Both the position numbers and the translations under genes were made by a program. The notes under the pieces are model-generated. The model did no database searches, was not told the DNA's origin, and worked only from the letters and a program-made list of their open reading frames with translations. A DNA stretch of 64,000 nucleotides, from the NCBI GenBank assembly GCA_965267575.1, contig OZ254086.1, positions 352,001-416,000 of the forward strand, given 5' to 3'. Below are positions 57,401 to 64,000 of the stretch, in pieces. Source of the stretch: Calditrichales bacterium (GTDB taxonomy: Bacteria; Calditrichota; Calditrichia; Calditrichales; J004). The stretch's first letter is position 1. Each line of letters starts with the position of its first letter.

Positions 57401-59472
57401 TCCCAGGAAGCGTCGCCCGCCAGAATCACGTATTGGAGCGGGTTATTTTGATCCCAATTTTCAAAAGCATATTTCAGGAATGTCTTGATGGCCAGCGGGG
57501 ATTTGATACCATAATTGAAGTCATCATAAATCTGCCCGACTGTCACGGTTTCAACTTCAAAACCCTGCTGCTCTTTCAGCCTTTTCAGGCGATCCACCTG
57601 CTCCAGCAGCAGGTCACCGGTAATAATAATAAGGCTGGCGCGATTGTCAGATTGCGTAAGGCGCCGCAAGGGGTTGTCCTGTTTCCAGGGCTCATAAGGC
57701 TTTATCGAGAGCGGTTTTTTCTTGGCACTTTCCGTAACGGCCACATACTCAACGGACTGGTCAAAAATCTGATCCTGGAAAGTAAGCTTGTAGGATGAGA
57801 AGCGGCTGTCATCGGTGAAATATTCAATCTGACCATTTACAACTTTGCTTATGCCCAGTTTATAAAGCTCAATTTTGTTTGTTTCGAATCCATCCACCTC
57901 AAATTGAATAATGCGGTCTGTTGTGGGGATGCCCTGCTGCAGGCGAAAACGGATGTAGTTTTCATCGGCGCGGTATTTACGCTGATAGGTCACATCAAAC
58001 CAGTTTAGCAGCGTGATGTCTGTAACACCCACCTGCTCCATATCAACACGCAGCGTATTTGTGCCATTTTGCAGGTTAAGCTGGGACAAACCGGGGCCGC
58101 CGGCGTTGGTTATCGTGGCCATCGTCTGGCCCTGCCACTTCTGATCGGGGGTGATTTCACCTACTTTTTCTTCGTTCAGCCAAATGGCAACCTGGTGCCC
58201 TTCAATCGGGTTAGTACGATTGTCGCGTATGGAGGCGCCGCGCATCATCACCTTTATAAAAACATTGGAGCCAAACTCGAGTGGATGCGGCAGGTCAAAG
58301 TCAAACGAACGGCTTTCGACCGCATTGATAACGCCGCCCCAAAACCAATGGTCAAATTCATGCGAAGGCCTGTTCAGCTTCTCGGGATCATGTCCAAAAA
58401 GCTCGCGGTGCGTATCCTGCTCATAATGGATTGTTTCTTCGTAGGCAAACGGCACAATGTAGCGGTTGGGACGTGTCTCAACGATCCCGCCGCTCTCTTC
58501 AACCAAACGACGGCCCTGTCTTCCTTTATCCACCAGCCAGTAGACATTTTTATCACTAAACGGATCGGCATACATGTCGGGGAAACTGGATAAAAACGTT
58601 TTTTCATTGCGCTCGCCAAAAAATTCCAGGTAATCATTCTGGTTAAAGCGTTCATCTTCAGCGCCTTTTACAAAAATGGCTACTTCTTTGCCTTTGTTAA
58701 AAAGGGCCAGGTTCTGCGGGTTGATGTTATCCACGGGATAGTCCGCATCAAGAAGGTCTTGGTAGGTGAGCTTATAAATGCCGGTCTGTTCAATCACGAT
58801 CTTATAAACATGATCGAAACTTTCAGGAAGACGATTATAGCTTATTTCGGCGGCATTCAGGGCGCTCGATTGTTTTTTATATAATGCCCCGCCGCTGAGA
58901 ATTTTACCGCTTAACGGATCGGCCGTTACGGTTTTTCTACTTTGACGTACAAACTCTTCTTCTTTTTGGAAATCAAGTGTTACGACAATTTCATCATACC
59001 AGACCAGCGTATTTTGTGTCGCGTTATAATCACACGCAACAAACTGGATTTTACCAACGGCTATATCGCGATATAGTCCGGCAAATTCAAACTGGTCTGT
59101 GGCGCGTTCCAGGGCAGGGTTGTTATCAACTATATAGTTTTCCACGGCAATCTCCCGAGCACCGTTTCTCTGAATCGATATCCGCGCTTTTTGAGCGGGA
59201 ATATTAACAAGATCGGTAACCACTGGCAGCAAAGCACCGCCGGGAGTAAACGCCATCGCCGTCCCGTCCAGATAGGCTGCAACCTTATCGCCGCTTCGGT
59301 TTATCTGCGGCTCCGCAAAAGTATAGCGAATGGAGATATGATTATCGGATTGACTGATGACATGAGTGCTGTAGCTTTTACCCGAAAACGCGAAAGCCTG
59401 ACAGAATAAAAGCAGAATTAAAAAAAACAGAGTCCTCGGGGAGAGGACTCTGTGATTAAATATTTCAACCAT
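54478..59472 (-). CDS. C25 (gingipain/PorU-like) cysteine peptidase with CARDB and CTD
   Basis: GIYKLTY.DL, DYLEFFG, IYDDFNYG, YVILAGDASWD, VGRIP, INFFGHGG (His) and SMTCFTG (Cys), YNLLGDP, ERDENNN, GNYPNPF...WDGTDDDG..VANGVYF. Confidence 0.9.
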   Translation of the reverse strand: MVEIFNHRVLSPRTLFFLILLLFCQAFAFSGKSYSTHVISQSDNHISIRYTFAEPQINRSGDKVAAYLDGTAMAFTPGGALLPVVTDLVNIPAQKARISIQRNGAREIAVENYIVDNNPALERATDQFEFAGLYRDIAVGKIQFVACDYNATQNTLVWYDEIVVTLDFQKEEEFVRQSRKTVTADPLSGKILSGGALYKKQSSALNAAEISYNRLPESFDHVYKIVIEQTGIYKLTYQDLLDADYPVDNINPQNLALFNKGKEVAIFVKGAEDERFNQNDYLEFFGERNEKTFLSSFPDMYADPFSDKNVYWLVDKGRQGRRLVEESGGIVETRPNRYIVPFAYEETIHYEQDTHRELFGHDPEKLNRPSHEFDHWFWGGVINAVESRSFDFDLPHPLEFGSNVFIKVMMRGASIRDNRTNPIEGHQVAIWLNEEKVGEITPDQKWQGQTMATITNAGGPGLSQLNLQNGTNTLRVDMEQVGVTDITLLNWFDVTYQRKYRADENYIRFRLQQGIPTTDRIIQFEVDGFETNKIELYKLGISKVVNGQIEYFTDDSRFSSYKLTFQDQIFDQSVEYVAVTESAKKKPLSIKPYEPWKQDNPLRRLTQSDNRASLIIITGDLLLEQVDRLKRLKEQQGFEVETVTVGQIYDDFNYGIKSPLAIKTFLKYAFENWDQNNPLQYVILAGDASWDYKGRIQGSNDIVPSIMFTTDTYGAAPSDLQYALLSGDDLIPDIVVGRIPASGSVELGHYLDKVESYQNGNVPANAWRNSSLFISGFDAGSGDLEDFTNEPVFRAQNLRLINLKLPESVFAYKLNTQRNPDLENDPDFGSTRELIDYIDEGVTFINFFGHGGGAVWADEQLFILSDIANLNNRNLYPFISSMTCFTGAFENPNKEGLAESVLMVEEKGAIAVLSSSSVGWKYNDFSIQWGLHDHLWEENVTFGQAVDLMKISYLLNPVYYTEEGSGFTRGYFTLKNSMVNQYNLLGDPTLELQKPAGRITIASSNRAPAPGETVQLTFQSTLSSASGQVEVSDRQNRKYFSENIVFNGGQAPLSFNVPDSINGNILNIKAYASDGGNDANGSLAISVGNVIVTSVKTIPAAPQVGDSISFEIGVAGDQSIQSMGLNKFRAYNSVGNTGISVPMEKVSDTLYRSTADYPGFTSAGLKYFEIVIQDDNGLHRFDLQEIDITDDRPDLRVDSESIAYGGNDELQLHFDVINDTEIAAAGVVVDVYDQSGISSGVPFYRDTLSFAANEKKSLKAPIIVQDYQSFETYRVSIDPLNTLAERDENNNVVDKTLAGSHIWVDYRTGTSSNGTENDTIVVYNDWRFFLAAQALTASSVFRFEELDAQERLRNSKQKDLKYIRTHNQQDSALLRIEVKNTVTSFQQPALLSVQLDTAKYSQFELSAVSFFRFDSFLGLWVKKESTLNGTLLTTTVDGSGLFGVFSFRDNDDPVIEITANGRPLRDGMLVRSTPALALLMQDENGINLASGFKLKLDGNEVPQSEMTFPDSITNANSVSILTSPTLASGEHSLEVEISDISNNTSTQTITFNVVANFDLIVHGNYPNPFADETFVSYDLLADNVIDDLSVRIYTLSGRLIRKRMLELDETAINDDIKNVGYHELVWDGTDDDGNQVANGVYFMVLKAKYKGQVITRKLKVARLR
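59420..59453 (-). terminator. Intrinsic terminator overlapping the start of the C25 coding region
   Basis: ACAGAGTCCTC-gggga-GAGGACTCTGT 11-bp stem, then about 8 T on the minus strand. Confidence 0.7.
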
Positions 59473-59504
59473 AAAAACGTATGCGATGTCCTTAATGCAG
59501 TGTT

Positions 59505-62500
59505 TTACTTGATGAGAATCATACGTCCCATTTTATTGAATGATCCGGCCGTAAAGCGATAGAAGTACATACCGCTGGAAACCTTTTCACCAAAATCATT
59601 TGTGGCGTTCCAGTTCACAACAAACTCACCGGCATCGTAGTTGGCCTGATCGATCAATTTCTTAACGACGCGACCATTCACGTCATATATCGTAATAGTG
59701 ACGCTACTGTATTCCGGTAACTGGAATTTGATGTTGGTCGAAGGGTTGAACGGATTCGGATAATTTTTGAACAGAACGAATTGATCCGGAACCGGAACCG
59801 TTATTTCGAGCTCCTCTTCTATCTCCGAGCCGCCGGAATAGTTAACTGATTCGAGCTGGTAGCGGTAGACATCGCCGGAGCGCACCGAGTTGTCTTCAAA
59901 TGTGTAATCTGTTTCACCGGAGAATGTACCTTTACCGGGTATCAGCTGCGTATTCACTTTTTGCCACTCACTGTCACCGGCTTTCTGGCGGTAAACGTTG
60001 AAACCAAGGTTATTGGTTTCAGAAGCCGTTTGCCAGTTCAGGATGACTTTGTTGAATTCAGCGTTGGCTTCAAACAGAGCCAATGAAACTGGCAGCGAGT
60101 TGTCCTGGCCGCCGGCGGCGTCATCACCAAAGGTGTAGAAATTACCAGGTGTACTAAATGCGGACGATTGAATTGTACCACTCGTTGCATCGCCACTTCC
60201 GTCACCACCGATGCTGGTCCACTCCCCGGTTGTCGTATTAAGCTGGGCTACATCAAGTGCAGTAAGGTTGGAAATGGCATCATTGGAATTCCAGGTGAGG
60301 GTGATAGTCGGGAAAGCACTTAAAGTACCTCCGGACCCAATCCTCGGAATATTCCAATAACGCACGGTGGAGACAGCGGAAAGAGTCGTTGCATCTACAT
60401 CAGGATCAAGATCAAGAGCACTGGAATTAATCTGTTCTACCATGCGTGCATACCCGGCTGCACTGGCAGAGATCGACAACGTAACGGGCAGATATTCACC
60501 ACCTTTACCCGTAGGATAAGTAAAAGACTGGCCGGCGCCTGAAGGGAAGATCTTTGAAACCTTGCCGCTTACATAGCGTGCCGAAGAAGCACCGGAGAAA
60601 CCGCCGCTTTGGCCAATGATCAACGTATCGGATCCGGAGACAAGACCATTTGAAAAGGTGAATGTTCCTTCCACGCGTGCGCTCTGGCTCAGGCTCAATC
60701 CACTGGCATTATTGAGGTTCAGATTGTTGAATGTAACCTGGCTGGCGCCACTGAGTGTCTGGGCGCTGCCGCCGGCCATAGTGACTGTTCCGGCGCCGGA
60801 AGCAAAGTTACCGCCGCCACCAACGATATCACCATTGATATTCGTGGATGCGTTCGGCGTAAACGTACCACCGTTCAAAGTGGTCGTTCCGCTGATTGTA
60901 ACGGAACCGGAAGTATTTACGTTGACATTCGCACTTGTCGTAAACGCACCACTGAAAGTTGAAGAAGCTGTACCATCCAGATTAAGAACGGCGCTGTTGG
61001 AGACAGAACCCGTAACATTTAAAGTATTGTTTGCGGTAAATGCCGCAGATCCGCTATTGGTAAAGCTGCCGTTTACGGTAATAGCACCATTTGACCCTGT
61101 ACCACTGCTAACACTTACAGTTAAATTATGGTAAGTATCCGCCTGGATATTGTTCGCTGCTCCAACATTATATCTTACCGTAGAACCGGACTGATAGTCT
61201 GTATTGGCGCTACTGTATCCTGTAATGTTTGTACCATTAAATGTGACCTGGTCAAAATCACCAACTGTCAGATTCGTCGCGGAAAGATCGAGCGAGCTGC
61301 CCGAGAAGGTGAGCGTAATTCCGTTGCCTGATGTAGACCCGGAAAGCGTAATGCTTTGATATGAAGAAGCAGCTATACCGGAGTTATAAACCACCGTGTA
61401 GGCTCCGGTTACGGTAGAATGATTTAGCTGTACTACATCACCTTCACCAGGAACGGCGTCGTTGTTCCAGTTTGTGGCGGTATTCCAAAGGCCATCACCG
61501 CCGCCGCCATCCCATACGAAAGTATCGGCAAGGTTGGCCACGGCAAAGTCACTAAAGCCGCCGCTGAAAGAAGCGGTAACCTGGTCCGTACCACTGCTTT
61601 CGCTGCTGCCAAGTTCATCGTTATATGTTGGATTAGTACCACGCACCATTGTCACATTTGACGAACCTGTGATGGCAGGACTGAAGTTCGTTGTCGTAAA
61701 GGTTGCCGTATAGGACGGTGGTGTCACCTCGGTAGACGTTATTGTCCAGTAACCATCGTCTTCAACGGTTGCAACGCCTGCAAGGTTTGATGTGGGACTG
61801 CCCGCATTACCGTTGGCCGTCACGGTAATCGTATTGCTTGTAGCAGGAGCCGAGTCAAAAGTTATGCTTACATTACGCAAGCTATTGCTGACGCCTGTTG
61901 GAAAGGCAAATGTTGTAGCCGCTCCGTTTGTGGAACGGGCTACCGGTCCAACTACAAAGCTTGTGGCTGTCGGCGTAGCAGTAGCACTTACACCGAGGGT
62001 TAATACATTACCGGAACTTGAAGTAATCTTACCGTTTGTAAAAGTCACCGTTCCGTTAACTGTAGACCCTCCGCTAAGAACAAGACCATCACTATTGTTT
62101 GTAACCAGGTTATTATATGTAGCAGAAGGCATCGTTTCCGATCCGGTTCCTTCGCCATTAAACCTTACCGTGCCGCTGAAAGTATAACTGCTGAATCCGC
62201 TAATGTCGGTGCCTTCAGTGTAAAGGCTAGCACCGCTGTTAACAACAAGAGCGTCACTGGCTCCGCCGGCGTGGGTAATCGTCTGATTGCCCAAATTTAA
62301 ACGGCGAGAGGCAGCAACAGTAACGGTTGAATTTGTCTGCAGTGTGATGCCACCTGTCAGAGAAACACCATTAGCGGAAGTATTGTTGGCCGTTATATTA
62401 CCGTACGTCGCGGTAGGTACGTTTTCTGCGCTTGTACCGGTAAACTCAATAGTACTGTTGTCAGCCATGGTAAAGGTGCTGAATCCACTAATATCCGTAC

Positions 62501-64000
62501 CACCTGTACGCAGAGTACCCGTAGCATCCACCTGTAATGTAATGTTGTTATCATCAATTACGTCGCCACCGGTATCAAGCACCTGCGCCGTAGAGGAAAA
62601 TTGCAGGATACCTTGCTGAACATAAAGCGTTCCGTTATCGTTGAAGCGCAATTGTGAGCCACTCGCTGTGGAGACAAGAACAGACGAGCCGCCAGTCTTG
62701 TTAACAGTAAAATTAAATACCGTCACCGTACCGTCAATCGATACAGTTGCCGTGCTGCTGCCGTTCATTACAAGCGTACCGGCAGCGGCCTGTCCGACGG
62801 TGGCTCCGCCGGATATTGTAAAGTCGCTATTAAAGGTTGCCGTGGAGGATGTGCTTATCTGCGACGAAAAACTCATAGTCACATCACCTTCACTCGTGAA
62901 AGCTCCGGAACCGAGTGTTATCGTTGCATTGCTCCCCAGGTCAGTTGTACCCGCAACCGTTACGGCTACGTTCGTTGTGGTTAACGTACCATTTACAGTC
63001 AGGTTGTTATCAACATCGACCGCGTTATCATTGGTTGTAAGAGCGCTACCACTTGCAACAGTTAAGTTGTTCGAAATCGTACGATCGCCGGAAGCAGCGG
63101 CCAAAGTAACTGTTGAAGAAGATTGAACAGAGACATTGGGAACTGTAGCAGGCCATTCATCACCGGCCGTTTGCGTAGCAGTGTACTGCAAAGTAGCAGA
63201 GCCGCCGTAGGCTAATGTTCCGCCATTTAAGCTAAACGTACCTGTGCCTTTGGAGAGAGTGCCATTAACCGTAAGCGTTCCGCCGGTAACGTCAAGTGTT
63301 CCACCGCCGGTTTGTGTTAGCGTGCCACCCACAGTTCTCGAAGCGCCCAACGTAAATGTACCGGAGGAGTTAAAGGTCACATTAGTTGGGGAGTTTGTGG
63401 CTGGCCATTCGTTACCGATGGCAAAACTGTTGCCGGTTGTATACGAAAGCGTGGTCGTTCCGGAGTATGCAATCGAGGCACCATTTAAAAAGCCAACACC
63501 ATCTGAGTTCGGTTCTAATGTAAGAGAATTGGTGATCGTATATGCAGCATCGCCCGCCGCGGTTTCGTCTAAAGTAAGCGTCCGTGAACCCGTTGGCGGT
63601 GCATGAACAATTGCGTAAAATGAAGTCGCAGCATCTATGCTCATTCTGATATTGGTAGTGGCAACTATTTCGAATGTTGATGTTTCCGCATTGAATGTGC
63701 CGCCTGTTTTATCAAAAGTATTTCCATTTAATACAGCGTAACCCAGAGTATAGGTACCAGAACCTGCATTAAAAGTACCTGCCTGCAAAAGAAACTGTCC
63801 GCTGACGATAATATCTGTGGACAGGTTATTATCAACCGTCCCGCTGGAGTTGATGTCAAAATCATTGAATTCTACGGAAGGAGCTGCATAGGTTCCGCTA
63901 ATTGTTTGCGTTCCCGTTCCTGTAAATGAAACCGAGATACCATTACCGGTGTCATTAAAAGTAGCTCCGGAGTTGATCGTAAAGTCTCCATCGAGGGTAA
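59505..64000 (-). CDS. Giant Ser/Thr/Gly/Asn-rich repeat surface protein (adhesin-like) with T9SS-type CTD; 5' end outside the window
   Basis: Frame stays open to 64000 (TLDGDFTINSGATF...). Beta-helix-like repeats, WDGGGGDGLWNTATNW, LPVSL Ig domain, NYPNPFNPST CTD. Confidence 0.9.
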   Translation of the reverse strand, partial: TLDGDFTINSGATFNDTGNGISVSFTGTGTQTISGTYAAPSVEFNDFDINSSGTVDNNLSTDIIVSGQFLLQAGTFNAGSGTYTLGYAVLNGNTFDKTGGTFNAETSTFEIVATTNIRMSIDAATSFYAIVHAPPTGSRTLTLDETAAGDAAYTITNSLTLEPNSDGVGFLNGASIAYSGTTTLSYTTGNSFAIGNEWPATNSPTNVTFNSSGTFTLGASRTVGGTLTQTGGGTLDVTGGTLTVNGTLSKGTGTFSLNGGTLAYGGSATLQYTATQTAGDEWPATVPNVSVQSSSTVTLAAASGDRTISNNLTVASGSALTTNDNAVDVDNNLTVNGTLTTTNVAVTVAGTTDLGSNATITLGSGAFTSEGDVTMSFSSQISTSSTATFNSDFTISGGATVGQAAAGTLVMNGSSTATVSIDGTVTVFNFTVNKTGGSSVLVSTASGSQLRFNDNGTLYVQQGILQFSSTAQVLDTGGDVIDDNNITLQVDATGTLRTGGTDISGFSTFTMADNSTIEFTGTSAENVPTATYGNITANNTSANGVSLTGGITLQTNSTVTVAASRRLNLGNQTITHAGGASDALVVNSGASLYTEGTDISGFSSYTFSGTVRFNGEGTGSETMPSATYNNLVTNNSDGLVLSGGSTVNGTVTFTNGKITSSSGNVLTLGVSATATPTATSFVVGPVARSTNGAATTFAFPTGVSNSLRNVSITFDSAPATSNTITVTANGNAGSPTSNLAGVATVEDDGYWTITSTEVTPPSYTATFTTTNFSPAITGSSNVTMVRGTNPTYNDELGSSESSGTDQVTASFSGGFSDFAVANLADTFVWDGGGGDGLWNTATNWNNDAVPGEGDVVQLNHSTVTGAYTVVYNSGIAASSYQSITLSGSTSGNGITLTFSGSSLDLSATNLTVGDFDQVTFNGTNITGYSSANTDYQSGSTVRYNVGAANNIQADTYHNLTVSVSSGTGSNGAITVNGSFTNSGSAAFTANNTLNVTGSVSNSAVLNLDGTASSTFSGAFTTSANVNVNTSGSVTISGTTTLNGGTFTPNASTNINGDIVGGGGNFASGAGTVTMAGGSAQTLSGASQVTFNNLNLNNASGLSLSQSARVEGTFTFSNGLVSGSDTLIIGQSGGFSGASSARYVSGKVSKIFPSGAGQSFTYPTGKGGEYLPVTLSISASAAGYARMVEQINSSALDLDPDVDATTLSAVSTVRYWNIPRIGSGGTLSAFPTITLTWNSNDAISNLTALDVAQLNTTTGEWTSIGGDGSGDATSGTIQSSAFSTPGNFYTFGDDAAGGQDNSLPVSLALFEANAEFNKVILNWQTASETNNLGFNVYRQKAGDSEWQKVNTQLIPGKGTFSGETDYTFEDNSVRSGDVYRYQLESVNYSGGSEIEEELEITVPVPDQFVLFKNYPNPFNPSTNIKFQLPEYSSVTITIYDVNGRVVKKLIDQANYDAGEFVVNWNATNDFGEKVSSGMYFYRFTAGSFNKMGRMILIK

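Noticed and set aside
1-64000. All genes on one strand as a sign of a prophage or single operon
   Set aside because: Content is housekeeping and envelope genes with several internal promoters and terminators; leading-strand bias is sufficient and no phage genes are seen.

Overview
A gene-dense 64 kb bacterial chromosomal segment in which all ~46 credible genes lie on the minus strand. Canonical sigma70 promoters (TTGACA-17-TATACT), strong Shine-Dalgarno use and the gene content suggest an FCB-related but non-Bacteroidota organism, most like Calditrichota (inference). Housekeeping blocks (ffh-rpsP-khpA-rimM-trmD-rplS, prfB with its +1 frameshift-lysS-lolE-lolD-recG, accA, dapF, rsmB) alternate with three cell-envelope modules, each built around a different PorV/PorQ-family barrel next to a protein with a type IX secretion (T9SS)-like C-terminal domain. 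Module 1: Asp-box protein, TonB-dependent receptor, CTD protein and PorV-like barrel, followed by a GWxTD protein and an S8 protease. Module 2: PorV, an M6-like protease lacking HExxH, a peptidase/PD40/Omp85 fusion and two DUF5683-like paralogs. Module 3: giant repeat adhesin, C25 (PorU-like) protease, PorV-like barrel, lipoprotein, mini-Wza SLBB protein and two barrel+coiled-coil paralogs. The window also holds a candidate protein O-mannosylation pathway (DUF2723/TMEM260-like GT-C, flippase-like protein, polyprenol-P-Man synthase, ManC), and D-S/T-hydrophobic sequons look enriched in exported proteins. Non-coding signals include a multi-stem structured element after recG, a terminator-like porV leader and a start-less 13-nt anti-SD match. 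No CRISPR, rRNA, tRNA or mobile element was recognised. All family calls come from motif recognition, not database searches.
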